Positions 33,896-46,960 of a stretch of 48,315 nucleotides of DNA are shown here, piece by piece. The stretch spans positions 166,855,832 through 166,904,146 of the forward strand of contig NC_068983.1 in assembly GCF_001194135.2 (NCBI RefSeq), in the 5' to 3' direction. The translations under genes were made by a program, and so were the position numbers. Position 1 is the stretch's first letter. Each line of letters opens with the position of its first letter. The stretch comes from Octopus bimaculoides (lineage: Eukaryota). The notes beneath the pieces are model-generated. The model did not search any database and was not told where the DNA came from. It was given only the letters and a program-made list of their open reading frames with translations.

Positions 33896-34979
33896 GTAGC
33901 GAATGTTTGCAATGTTGTACAAATGAATGTAGCCTGTATAGAATAGTAAAACTATCTTCCTCTGTTGGTGTCCAACCTATTATATTAATATTAATAATAA
34001 TAATAACAATAAAGTTATCTAGGCAAACCTGGAGATGTGTACAAAAGGACACTTGAAATCCATCATCCGAGAAAGCGAAGAAGCAAAAGAAATCGGCTCA
34101 GTTAAAAAGATTGGCTCAAAAGGCGAGAACAATTTTGAAGCGCCAGCACCACCCCTCTTTCTTTCATTACACCATAAGCAGGTGAGAGAATGAGTTGTGG
34201 GTTAACAAACTGAACTATCATAAAAAAAACCAACACCTCAATTCATTGAATGACTCATATACATATAAATATAAATAACATACATATCAGCTGTATATAT
34301 ATAAGATATATAAGGCAGCAATCATGAGAAAAACCTTACCTGAAGCAGCCAATTAGTCATTTCCCATGTGTAAAAAGCTTCACAAAGGTTACGCTTTATC
34401 CCCCACCCACCACCACCACCACCACTCTACTTCATTCTCCATATATATTGTCAGTGATTATAGCCTTGTTGGTAGCAGTGCTAATAGTAATAATAATAAT
34501 AATAAGACGAAGACAAGAAAGGGCTGTTTTTGTGTTATCTAAAATTACTAATAGCAATGCTGACAGTTAATGGAGAAGATAGGCATAAAAATACAGTTAT
34601 TTAGGACTTTTTATACAGTGTTAAATATAAGCTTTTGTAGTGTTTTATTTTGGTGGCTAGGATTACATGATCAGACACAAAGTACATTTCATACAGTTTC
34701 AGAAAACATATCATTAAGTGCATTATATTTGTGACGCTTGTTATAGGATATAATATTAATAAAACTCTTAACAATTCTGTCTCTTTCATACAGGCACATG
34801 CACTCCTGTACCTAACATCCTTCTCAGTATATGAGGCTCTGTATACGTATGCATGAATGTGTGTACGGATGGATACTTCATTTAAATGAACTGAGAAGCA
34901 CTATATATACTCTGTTTAGTTACCATACACACGTGTCTGTGTGTACATATGTGTATATATATATATATATATATATCAT

Positions 34980-35150
34980 CATCATCGCTTAACGTCCATG
35001 GGTTGGACGGTTCGACTGGGGTCTGGGAAGCCAGGAGGCTGTACCAGGCTCCAGTCTAATCTGGCAGTGTTTCTACAGCTGGATGCCCTTCCTAACACCA
35101 ACCACTCTGAGTATATAGTGGGTGCTTTTTACGTGCCACCGGCACGAGGG
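34980..35150 (-). mobile_element. Repeat family B, well preserved
   Basis: catcatcatcgcttaacgtccatgggttggacggttcgac...ctggatgcccttcctaacaccaaccactc...acgtgccaccggcacg. Confidence 0.8.
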
Positions 35151-35213
35151 TCACAACTACAATTTCCATTTGATTGTAATATATACACACACACACACAC
35201 ACATAAACGTGCA

Positions 35214-35259
<46 letters not shown>

Positions 35260-35804
35260 CACACAATTAGATCAAACTGTACTTGACAATATCAAGTCGG
35301 CTATGTACAAGGATGGTTTTTGTATTTGTTTAGGCTTTAATTCAGTTAGATATTCCTTTCTATTTCTAAATGCAGAGTACAGGTTATTAATGCTGGAACT
35401 TGCTATTTACAAAACTGTTATTTTAACGCATTCCTTCCTTTTTATAACAATGATAACTGGGGAAACAAAAGACTTCAAGCATTGCCTATTCCAGTAAATG
35501 TTTGACAAACACACTCATGATATTGAATAAACCAGTTTCGATTAAAAGAAAATTCCTAGTTTATAGGGTTCACACAAAACAGTGAGAAAGCATTCTTAAT
35601 ATGTCCTGGCAGAGTTGACCACAACTGTTTTCCATCATCAGAGAACACCTCTGCCAGTCATCTCTTCTCCCCGTCAGTGATCCATGTGGCTTTATGAAAA
35701 TACATTGTCTGCCAGAATAAATATTCTCACTGCTCTGCATGCACCTCAAGAATTATTATTTGTTTGGCAGGCATCAGTAAACAATTTGTTTAATGAATTA
35801 TATA

Positions 35805-35965
35805 AACGTGAAAAACATGTCTGGCCATGAGGAAATATTACCTTGCTTGGAAGACAGGCGAGGGTTGGTGATAGGAAGGGTATCCAGCCATAGCAAATTT
35901 AACTCCAATGAATTCCGTCTGACCCCATGCCAGCACAGAGAGGTAGACATTAAAATGCTGATGCC
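35805..35965 (+). mobile_element. SINE A2 3' part
   Basis: catgtctggccatgaggaaatattaccttgcttggaagacagg...ggttggtgataggaagggtatccagcc. Confidence 0.75.
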
Positions 35966-36817
35966 AATGATTATAAATTAAATAACAAACAACAAAAATA
36001 AAAAAGGAAAATAACACAAATGGGCCAATGGCATGAATTTAGATCAACAAATTAACTTTTTAATCATTAATAAGATTTTAAAGTTTTTCAAGTGACTGGG
36101 GTAGCAATGGAACGAAGCCAGATGGAGTGTTTTTACAGAATAAAGTGAAACTGTGTCAGATTGATTTTAGAATATTTTATAGAACTTGACGAGTTGTGTG
36201 TCAAGTTTTCTGTTTCATGTTAACTCATATGAATTTTTATTTGAAGTTGGTTNNNNNNNNNNNNNNNNNNNNNNNNNNNNNNNNNNNNNNNNNNNNNNNN
36301 NNNNNNNNNNNNNNNNNNNNNNNNNNNNNNNNNNNNNNNNNNNNNNNNNNNNNNNNNNNNNNNNNNNNNNNNNNNNNNNNNNNNNNNNNNNNNNNNNNNN
36401 NNNNNNNNNNNNNNNNNNNNNNNNNNNNNNNNNNNNNNNNNNNNNNNNNNNNNNNNNNNNNNNNNNNNNNNNNNNNNNNNNNNNNNNNNNNNNNNNNNNN
36501 NNNNNNNNNNNNNNNNNNNNNNNNNNNNNNNNNNNNNNNNNNNNNNNNNNNNNNNNNNNNNNNNNNNNNNNNNNNNNNNNNNNNNNNNNNNNNNNNNNNN
36601 NNNNNNNNNNNNNNNNNNNNNNNNNNNNNNNNNNNNNNNNNNNNNNNNNNNNNNNNNNNNNNNNNNNNNNNNNNNNNNNNNNNNNNNNNNNNNNNNNNNN
36701 NNNNNNNNNNNNNNNNNNNNNNNNNNNNNNNNNNNNNNNNNNNNNNNNNNNNNNNNNNNNNNNNNNNNNNNNNNNNNNNNNNNNNNNNNNNNNNNNNNNN
36801 NNNNNNNNNNNNNNNNN

Positions 36818-36850
<33 letters not shown>

Positions 36851-38702
36851 GTGTTATTTATTCAAACACTGACTCAAGTGCATGGGAAACTTTTCCAGTG
36901 TATTTAATTATTAGAAGGGTGAAAATTAACCTTGTTCTGGCCAACTGGGAAAACTAGCAATATCTGAACATTACGAATATAATTAGGAAATTTATGTGAA
37001 ATTATCTGACTCTGCACAAATTTACCATTTCTTTTGTTGTGCTGTTCCTTGCAACAAGAAGCTTTTTTTTTTTACATATGTTATTAATAAATAGAATTTT
37101 TGAAACACAAAATAACCAAGCTGGGTTTTCTTCAAGTGTGTGTGAGACATTGAACATACAAATGTTTGGTCTAAGCCGAGCACAAGAACACAAGAATGCT
37201 CAACAATCAGTAATGATTTAGGATATAAGGATCCACAACCGACAGCTGCACGTTAAAAATGGAACAGAATGAAAATTTCTCCAAGACAAAATTATGTTAA
37301 TTATTCATTAGTAGAGCTTCAGTAGAGAGGAAGAAGGCTTTGTTAGGAGCAAATGTGAGCAAAGGAGGGGGCCAGAACTGAACAGGAGCTGCATAGGAAT
37401 GGCCAAGTTGGAGGTGGAGAGAGATTCAACTGCTTATCTAAAACTATAAAACCAGATCCACTCAGCCGTTTCAATAAAATGGCACCACAAGCTGATGATG
37501 AACTGGCGTTCATAAATAGTCAAGATCAAAATTAATTAATTAATCTTGAACATATGTACATCATCAACAAATTTAAGATAATTTCTCTCAAAGTTCCATT
37601 TAATGCATCTTGTATTAACTTAACTGCTAAACTTAGAAATATTTTATTTACAGTTTTAATTTAGACATCTCAGAGAGAGAAACAAAAGCCAAAAGAGAAG
37701 GGTGCCTTTAAAGAAAAGAATATGTTCAGATGTTAGAATGCAATCACTACGTTAACATCAGAGAAATAACTTTAAATTCACAGGCATAAAACATGAGCAT
37801 GAAAATAAATTTACTCTGTTTGCTGGTGTCTACAACATGCTTTTGCATAAGACATATCCCTATTTTTTACAAGGTTATCTTGCAGAAAAAAAACTAATTT
37901 AATATGTTTTATCATAGATTTATTGAAAGATATTTTGAAGTGTTTTTTTTTTGAGAAGATAAATGATTCTGTGCATGGAAATACAATGCTGTGACAATAT
38001 ACTGGATTAAGATATGAAAGCCACAAAGTTATCCTAAATATAAACTATGTTCTGAGAGAACCATATTTCTACTTTATTTCCCTTCTGATCCATTGTACAG
38101 TTGTTTATATTTTGGCCAAGACAACCGCCATACGAGAGGTAAAACTTGTACTTCTGTCTGTCTATGTTTTGTATAACTGTAACGAGTCATCAGGGTGGCA
38201 CACACCACTGCTATGTTTTTCTTGTCATCTATTCATTGCAAGGGAGTTGACAGGCTGATGGAAATTTAACATTCCTGTCATCTTTCTACAAGAATTTTCA
38301 TTTAGATAATTTTTTTTTTAAATGTTTCTTATAGGTAACAAAGTCATTAAATAATGAAAGACCAATATTAGGTGTGGGTTATGTATGTTGGGAAAGGAGA
38401 TGCAATGACATAATGGGACTTCCCCACTTAACTGCCAAAGTACCAAAAGCCACTTTTTCCTAAGTTTATGCTAACAGACTCATGTTTTGGCTTATTTCCA
38501 CTACTTTATTAAAAGCAATCAATTAATGGACCTAGCAGGCTTCGGCTCATTTTGGCTCCCTAGTCTATGGTACTCAGCCTTCCATCCTTAATACAGCTAC
38601 ATTAGATGCTGGGAAATTATTTGATACATTCTAAAATAAAAGTGTCTTGTAAACTTTCCAAAACCATGCATCCACACACAATGAGGATAAGGTTTGATTT
38701 AT

Positions 38703-38927
38703 CAGTAGTTCTCGAACTTTTCCAAGCTGCCCCCTTGGCACCCAGGCCACATTCCTAGCAGCCTCCTCACCCTCCCCACCACAAATATAGACCACTTTCT
38801 GTAGCAAATTCAAAACAATCTATATTTCACAAATAAAACTTACCCCATTTTGGCCACCCCCATTATCATCCCTTAGATCTTTCCATCACCCCCAAGGCGG
38901 TTGTACTGCCCACCTTGGGAACCACTG
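38703..38927. mobile_element. hAT/Charlie-like MITE
   Basis: TIRs cagtagttctcgaa / ttgggaaccactg; no clean TSD. Confidence 0.6.
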
Positions 38928-40129
38928 GTTTAGATCAACAGCAGCCACTGGTTCCATGCTTGTATGGGTCAGACAACACCTTCCAACATAATAAAAATGA
39001 TGGCACCACAAAGACAATGTCTCTTATGATGCTTTCATAACAGAAGGGGAGGGGGGGAACATAGATTCTTTAGAAAATTTGAAACAAGTGTATATATATT
39101 CATTATATACATCTGATAAATCCTTAAATAATAATAATCATATTGTTAAAAAAGATTTTGTTGTTTTTAAAAAAACATGAACATTACAAATATAATCTAA
39201 TATATTTATATAATTATAACATCTGGTCACATGCTTGAACATTTTTCAATAGCTTTATAACAGCAAATGTTGTGACAACTATTCATAAATGTTTTTGAAA
39301 AGGGGGTATAATAATAATAAATACGAAAAAAAGACAACACCTGTTTCCCAAACTCTATTGATGACAAAATGACTGCACAGAGCACAACATAATATAATTT
39401 TATAACATTTGAATATATATATATATATTTCTATATACTTTTACAACAAGCAGGGTGACAGGGACTTTGAAATTTCAACCTGCTAGCCTTTGTTGGATTA
39501 TCTGACGATGTTAAATTGTTTTTATTATAACTTGACATAATAAACAACCATTAATATATAAACAGGAGATTAGAGTAATGTTCTGGTATCATTTATTCAC
39601 CATGACACACATGTTTAATTTGCTAATGGGAGTTACAAGATGCTAACTCTTACTAGCAAACGGAACACATTATTTGATTTTCTGTCCAAAGAATTTCTGA
39701 TATGAGATATCTTACATGTTTATCCTACATGTACAAATTTTCTAACTCCTATTAGCAAATAAAACATGTGTAGTAGTGAATAAATAACACCAAAATTTTT
39801 ATCCAATCTCCTGTTTTGGTTTGTCATTACTCTACAACAACTATTTTCCAGTATTTTTCTCAATTCCTATGCCACAAACAATAATAACATCTATATACAC
39901 TTTGGAATAAGCAGAGGTGCTTCATGAGGAGACAGCTTCAATCATAACCTAATCTACATAATGAATGTATGCATGTATACAGCTATTAACTGAAAGTATG
40001 TAGAAATCAAAAAATTGTTGAAGTAAATTTATATTCATCAAAGTCACTTCTAGTCAGCAATTAGTATCACTAACAATTAACAATATAAACTAATTCAACT
40101 GTTTTTTTTTTAAATCCTGAAAGTTCGTT

Positions 40130-40290
40130 TCCAAGTTTTTGTAGAATATTGCAAATGAACGACACTGCTTATATGACACTGACACTCATTTACAACTGTC
40201 ACAAGATATCAAAACAAGGAAACACACACACACACACAACAGCTTCTGACAGTGTCCATGATGTACCAAATCCACTCACAAGGCTTACTT
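40130..40290 (-). mobile_element. SINE A2 fragment
   Basis: gtagaatattgcaaatgaacgacactgc...acactcatttacaac...aaatccactcacaaggct. Confidence 0.65.
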
Positions 40291-40344
40291 GGGATTAGTT
40301 TTATATTTTAGACCCATTTTTTCATTTCAATATAAAATATCTCG

Positions 40345-40345
<1 letters not shown>

Positions 40346-40382
<37 letters not shown>
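40346..40382. repeat. Poly(A) run, about 37 nt
   Basis: Directly visible. Confidence 0.9.
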
Positions 40383-40384
<2 letters not shown>

Positions 40385-40651
40385 TAATGTCAACTTGATA
40401 AGCAAATTTAGACCAGAGTAATTTAGTGCTGGGAACCAGTTTGGTGCAGATGACTACAAGCAAATATCAGAAACACAGGTGTTTATTTATTTATTTCCAT
40501 TATGAAGTCTATTATTGTTGTTGTTGTTGTCACAACTATAAACTAACAGACCAGTTTTCTCCATAATCTTTACATTTAAAATATTAAAGTTGATATTTAA
40601 GTGGCAGACAAAGACTATAAGAGAAAAATAAACAAACAAAAAAAGCTGTAT

Positions 40652-40815
40652 AAGTGTGGCTATGTGGTTAAGGAGTTTGCTTCCCAACCACATGGTTCTA
40701 GGTTCAGTTCCACTGCATGGCACCTTGGGCAAATGTCTTTTACTATAAGCCTTTGGCTGATCGAAACCTTGTGAGTGAATCTGATAGATGGAAACTGAAA
40801 GAAGCTTGTCATATA
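40652..40815 (+). mobile_element. SINE family A, 5' half
   Basis: gtggctatgtggttaaggagtttgcttcccaaccacatggttctaggttcagttccactgcatggcaccttgggcaaatgtc (tRNA head plus CORE-like ccttgggcaa). Confidence 0.9.
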
Positions 40816-41124
40816 TATATATATATATATATATATACTATAATTGTCACTGAATGTCACTAGAGTGTTAAGAAACACCTACATTACTAGAAATAAGTGC
40901 TAAACTGCTCTAATGCACATGAATAAGAACATACACTGACAGGGACCATAATTGACCCCAAAATACTGGTCCTTGTTAGTGTGTTTTTATTAATGTGCTT
41001 TGACTACAGCAGTAAAGCATTTTAGCTCTTATTTCTAGCAATGTAGTCACATTTAGTGACAATTATAATTCTCCTTTTAGGTGACACATTGCAACCTGTT
41101 GTTTGTATTAATTTTGTGTGTGTG

Positions 41125-41345
41125 TATTTTTTTTTGTCTTCCACCACTACTTGATAACCAGTGTTGGTTTGTTTACAGCCTTTATTACTTAGTAGTTTGG
41201 CAACTGAGACTGATAGAATAAGTACCAGGCTTGAAACAACAAAAAAATAAAGGTATTGAGGTTGATTCATTCAACTAAACAGTCTTCGAAGTGGTGCTCC
41301 AGCATGGCCACAGTTTAATGACTGAAACAAGCAAAAGACAAAAGC
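41125..41345 (+). mobile_element. SINE family A, 3' half
   Basis: ccaccactacttgataaccagtgttgg...gatagaataagtaccaggctt...gtgctccagcatggccacag...gactgaaacaagcaaaag. Confidence 0.8.
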
Positions 41346-41354
41346 TGCACCTAT

Positions 41355-41745
41355 GGCTTCAAATTTTGGCACAAGGCCAGCAATTTTGTGGGGGAGTTTT
41401 GTCGATTACGTTGATCCCCAGTACACAACTGGTACTTATTTTATCAACCCCGAAAGAATGAAAGGCAGAGTCAACCTCAGAGGAACGTAAAGATGGAGGG
41501 AACGCCACTTAATGCATTCGGCCCAGCCACGCTAACGAGTCTGTCAGCCCACCGTTTTGATTCTGTTCATTTGACTGCGGCCATGCTGGAGCACCGCCTT
41601 CAGACAAACAAATCAACCTCAGGACTAATTCTTTGTAAGCCTAGTACTTATTCTATCGGTCTCTTTTGTCAAACTGCTAAGTTATGGGGACCTAAACACA
41701 CCAACATTGGTTGTCAAGTGATGCAGGGGAAGGGGGACGATAAAC
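41355..41745 (-). mobile_element. Adjacent SINE family C (about 41355-41552) and family A 3' half (about 41555-41745)
   Basis: Reverse complements of the consensus features described for the other copies. Confidence 0.8.
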
Positions 41746-41785
41746 ACAGACACACAAATATATATGTATGCATGTATATATACAC

Positions 41786-42168
41786 CACGGATGTGCTACC
41801 TGGTTAGGCAAGGTAGGCAGTGCCTATCTTGAATAAAATAGATCAATAGCAACATTTTCCTCTCATGGCAAAATATGCACCTAATTCAATAAAATTACAA
41901 AGGTTACTCTGATTACTCTGCATGAAATACCAAATATTTTTTGGTAGATTAGGGAGGCATAATTCACCCCTGCCTTTCAATCTCAGTATCTAAGCTACTT
42001 ATAGAACTGCTGTAGTAGATGTGCCGTGTACATTCCTACAACATTTTCTTTACGTGCTATGAAGGTAGATGTAAATCTACCCACGACTCAGTCACTTATT
42101 TTTGTGTGTTTTACTACATAAGGGTTATCAACTGCCTACCCTGAGTAATTACTGACAGCATATGCCTG
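41786..42168. mobile_element. hAT-like MITE, about 383 bp
   Basis: Inner IR caaggtaggcagt / actgcctaccctg (12/13), outer cacggatgtgct / agcatatgcctg (9/12); flanks atatacac and atatatat (6/8) may be a TSD. Confidence 0.55.
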
Positions 42169-42209
<41 letters not shown>

Positions 42210-42214
42210 AACAA

Positions 42215-42380
42215 CAGGCTCCTTTCAGTTTCCATCTCCCAAATCCACTAACAAGGCTTTGGTTGGCCCAAGGCTATATATAGTAGAAGACACTTGCCCA
42301 AAGTGCCAAGCAGTGGAACTGAACCCCAAACCATGTCGTTGAGAAGCAAGCTTCTTACCCACACAGCCTACGCCTGCACC
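42215..42380 (-). mobile_element. SINE family A, 5' half
   Basis: agaagacacttgcccaaagtgccaagcagtggaactgaacccc...aagcaagcttcttacccacacagcc. Confidence 0.85.
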
Positions 42381-42879
42381 TCTTGACTCTGTCAGCTCAC
42401 CTCTTTCCTATGAATGTAACATTAATTACTTATAATGAAATTCGTGCTCCACTTTCTTGCCTCGTTATCAGAAACTTTATCAGAAAAAGGTAACGACGCA
42501 GGTTTTACGTAGATGAGTTGTCTTAGTAAAAGAAACCAACATTTATCAAGGACTACAACAGGACTACAATACTCTGTCCATATTCAGAGAGGATAAAAGG
42601 CACTGAACTCAATTATTTGTAATTCAATCCACAAATAGACTCATTTTCTTTAGTTTACACAACAAATAAAAACATAAAATAAAAAATAAATATATGTATT
42701 TATCAGATTTCTGTTTTTATATACGAAAAAGTGATGGTGGGGGGGGGGGGGTATCAAAAGTTGACTGGTTTTTCCTTCTCCCTTTTTTGAAAATTTTTCT
42801 TGAGTCCTAAATTCAGAAGAACAGTTACCCAGTTTCCATGGATACAGGTGACTGAAATCACAACATTCTCCCTGAAAGG

Positions 42880-43050
42880 GAGCCAGGTCTGTTGCTATGT
42901 TCAAGTCAACCCCTGTTCTTGACAGATACTTTATTTTATCAACCTTGAAGGGATAAAAGGTAAAGATGACCATGGTAGAATTTGAACCCAGAACCAGAAG
43001 AACAATCACTAAGTATCTTGTTCAATGCTCTAACGATTCTGCCAGATCAC
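42880..43050 (-). mobile_element. SINE family C, diverged
   Basis: tacttattttatcaaccttgaagggataaaagg...gaatttgaaccc...aacgattctgccag. Confidence 0.7.
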
Positions 43051-43239
43051 CACTTTGGTTCCTTTTGTTTGATTCATTCCTATAACAATTCAATGTTGTT
43101 ACTATTACAGATTTTCGTTACTTTTAATGACTTCATTAAAAATTTCAATCAATCCATTAAGTCTTTTAGATAAGATCTTTGTGGGTTCTGGAAGAGTCCA
43201 TCAAACAAGCAAGTTGTTTTTTTTATGAACTCTTTAAGG

Positions 43240-43413
43240 CAGTGGTTCTCAACCATTTTAATATCCAGCCCAGATCCCAAACCTAGATTTTTAAGGGGTC
43301 ACACTCAAAAAGTGAAAACAAGTCATTTAAAGAAAAATTTGTTCTATTTATAGAGGGAAGACTGTCAAGGGCCACCAGAAGGATGCCCCGAGGGTAGCAA
43401 TTGAGAACTGGCG
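43240..43413. mobile_element. 174-bp hAT MITE with perfect 8-bp TSD
   Basis: TSD ctttaagg at 43232-43239 and 43414-43421; ends cagtggttctcaa / ttgagaactggcg. Confidence 0.85.
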
Positions 43414-43674
43414 CTTTAAGGTGTACATGGACGAGGGTTAATGTTATCTGCCTGCATTAAATTCAGATTATCACCTGTCTCAGCTTCTTCAAATCTCACT
43501 TCCTGTACCATTTGTTCAAAGCTGTTAATGAAGGAGACTGATTAACCTCCCCCTCCCCATGGTTTTCCTTTCCTTTTAAATTTGAACACAATTTCTTTCC
43601 AAACACCAATGATGTATATTGAATATTTAACTTCTATCTAATATTTTTTCTTGATTTTCATAATCCTAATTCAC

Positions 43675-44040
43675 CTTCGTTTTAATGTCCATATTTCCAA
43701 GCTTGCATGGGTCAGACAGAATTTTTTGAGGTCAATTTCATATGGCTGGATGCCTTTCCTGTCACCAACAGGCACCTGTTTCCACACATGGTAGCATTTC
43801 TCCATGGCCAGCCCCTTTTTTTTTTCACCTGTATAACACTGATGTTCATTTACAACCACCACATGATTTCTAGACAAATACAGACACACACATATTTGAC
43901 AGGCTTCCACACAGTTTCTGTCAACCAAATTCACCCACAATGCACTTGGTCCAGGGCTATAGCAGGATACACTTGTCCAAGGTGCTATGCAGTGGAACTG
44001 AACCTATCACCATGTGGTTGGAAAGCCATGCCTGCACCTG
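43675..44040 (-). mobile_element. SINE A2, near full length
   Basis: cgtttttaatgtccatatttccaagcttgcatgggtcagac ... acacttgtccaaggtgctatgcagtggaactgaacc. Confidence 0.85.
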
Positions 44041-44364
44041 AACATTAAATAACGATGATGGCAATATCAAAACTAACTATCGTCTACAGAGTCCCAATGA
44101 GACACCAACAGGTTTCCCACTCCAACATATAACCTACCACTTTCCTACACCAACATTGTTAACCATTGTCTTTCATTTTGATATTTTAGTTAAGATCCGA
44201 CAGTCATGGACAGATGAAGTCAATCTAAAGACGATTCCACATAAACTTGTCATGTAACAACCTGTCACCAATAGCAACATGGTTGCTGCTAGAAAGTTAA
44301 AATTACATGGAAACTCCAGTTACTTGTCAGAGGTGAGATTAGTTTTTATATTGCTCTACAGAAT

Positions 44365-44700
44365 GGCTAGCGAGGTCGATGAAAAGAAAGTACCAGTCAA
44401 GTACTGGGGTTGATGTAATCAACTAGCCCCCCTCCCCCAAATTTCAGGCCTTGTGCCTATAGGAGAAAGGATTATCATTAAGGTGGTGAGTTAGCAGAGT
44501 TGTTAGTGTGCTGGACAAAATGCTTAGTGGCATTTCTTCCAGCTCTTTACATTCTGAGTTCAAATTCCACTAGGGTCAACTTTACCTTTCATTTTTCCAG
44601 GGCCAATAAAATAAATATCAGCTGAGCACTGGGGCCAATATAATCGATTTAACGTACTTCTCTAAAAATTGCTGGCCTTGTGTCAAAATTGGAAACAGTC
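44365..44700 (+). mobile_element. SINE family C 3' remnant followed head-to-tail by a full copy
   Basis: ...ggccttgtgcctataggagaaaggattatcattaaggtggtgagttagcagag...ggccttgtgtcaaaattggaaac. Confidence 0.8.
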
Positions 44701-45129
44701 ATCGTTATTATTTGTGATATCAATTTTTATAGTTTTAATTTATTTCAAAGACTAAAAAACGTGGTTTACCATCTCCATCAAATACGAGGAGAATTTGATG
44801 GACTAAAAAGCATTGCTTCTTCTTGTGATGGAAACTGGAAGTCAGAGTGGAAAACTGGTGACAACTTGCGGCTGACTGACAAATATACCAGCCTTAAAAA
44901 GATTCTCTAAAACACTACGATTAAAAATATGAGTGAGAAAAAAAAAAAGAAGAAAAAAAGAGCTTTTAGTTGAGAAATACCAAGATAACCAAAGGAGACG
45001 TAGCAGCTGCAATCCAGATAAATAAGAACCAATGTCCTCTTCCTCAAACAATATCAACCGGACCATCAGATGTTGTTACACATCGCTGGTCACAATGTGC
45101 TTTGCATTGTTTTAGTTTCTGAATGATGC

Positions 45130-45335
45130 CACCTTGCTGGCTAGGTGGACTGGGCCAACACCTGCCCCTGATTGGAAAGTTATTCAGTCACAGGGTGGTC
45201 ACCCATTTACAGCTGAGTGGACTGCAGCAACATGAAATGAAGTATTTTGTCGAAGAACACAATGCATGCTCAATGCAGGAATTGAAACCACAATCTTTTA
45301 ATCATGAGTATAACACCCCAACCACTAGGCCATGG
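45130..45335 (-). mobile_element. tRNA-derived CORE-type SINE
   Basis: catttacagctgagtggactgcagcaac...gaagaacacaatgc...ttgaaaccac...caaccactaggcca. Confidence 0.7.
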
Positions 45336-45799
45336 GCGTTCCCATTAAACAACATAAATCAACTAATTACATCAGCATCTTTAATGGCTGCCATCAATAC
45401 CACTAGACCCAAACCATTCCCACTTCACGGTTGAATAATTAACAATCACGGTTTAATTACTCAAAACATTGATTTGTGAAATACCAGATAAGTGCAATCC
45501 ATCCATACTTCCATCTAGAAAGGGATGCAAAATCCATCTGGTTTCTCACAATAATTTCTGTTGAAAAACACTGATTTTGCTTTGATTAATTTTGAGAAAA
45601 TAATGAAGAATTTGGTAAAACAAGTTTGTTATGATTAAAGCTGGAGTTTTGAATGAAAGACATGGAATTTTGACGAAAGGCTTTGATTAGGAAATTTGTA
45701 ACATGGAATAAGGTCTTGGACAGGTTTGGTATGAAAAGGTTTCAGACAAAACCAATTCAGAAGATCGTTAAATATAGAACAGCAATACATAGGAATAGG

Positions 45800-46170
45800 C
45801 ACAGGCGTGGCCACACAGCTGAGAAGCTTGCTTCCCAACTATGTGGTTTCAAGTTCAATCCCATTCTGAAGTACATTGGGCAAGTGCCTCCTATTACAGC
45901 TCCGGACAACAAAAGCCTTGAGTGGATTTGGTTGATGGAAACTGAAAGAAGCCCATTTTGTGATGATTGTAAATAAGCATCACCAACACACAAGCAATGT
46001 TGCTCGTTTCCAGTCTTCAATGAAAAAAAAAAATACTCTGGTCATAGGGAAATATTTCCTTGCTTGAAAGCAGGTGAGTCTTGGTTAGGAATTTGTCTCA
46101 ATAAATTCTATCTGACCCCATGCAAGCATGGAAAAGTGGATGTTAAAACATCAACAATGGTGATGATGAT
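45800..46170 (+). mobile_element. SINE A2, near full length, (GAT)n tail
   Basis: ggcacaggcgtggcc...agaagcttgcttcccaac...ttgggcaagtgcc...gacccatgcaagcatggaaaagtggatgttaaa. Confidence 0.85.
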
Positions 46171-46960
46171 AATGACAGATCAAATAAACCAAAACTGAAC
46201 CAATTCCATTCTCTCCAAACTACATCCCAGGTTACAAGGAACTCAAACCAATCGTCTACTTCTCTATTTTGTTCTCATGTGGCCTGCATGGATGAAATAT
46301 TTACTAAATGTAGTAAAGAATATTAGGGGTGCTTAGACACCCTTTTTTTCTATTGACACAAAACGATTCCCAGTAGATTTAACCAGGTGTGATTTTCTGA
46401 TTCCCAGAGCCTCCTTCCATATTCTTTAGACTCTTAACTAAGTCTGTCTGTGTGTCTCAAAATCCCAAGGGATTGAAATTAATGTTTTCTGTTTCAGTGT
46501 TTAATGGACAGTGACTTAATCTAAACCCGTTAATGGTTTGACGTTGCTATGGAAATTAATTGAGAAGAGGAGGTGACAAAATATAAATTACGGAGCAGCC
46601 ATCTTTACTGACATCACGTTTCTTTGTGGAACCCCCACCTCCAGACCATCTAAACCTTACTCTGTTTACATCATTATCTAAGTTCGTTAAGTGTTGTTCT
46701 CCCAGCATAACAATGACACAGACAAATCAATCAATAAGTGACACTAATAACCTATCAATGACTGATATTGATACATTATTAATATGTCAATTAATTACTT
46801 ACCACCTCATCAATAACTAACATTTTTCACTATCTCATCGCACTGACAGTTCAATAAGTTCGTAATAAAAACACTAAGCCAGGTATATTTTCTGACATTT
46901 ATTAGTGGTACACTAATAAAAGAAGACATTCAACTACCACATGATGATGATGATGATGAC

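Noticed and set aside
44680-44910. 76-aa plus-strand ORF with a partly protein-like segment
   Set aside because: Starts in a SINE tail; no recognisable motif or exon partners.
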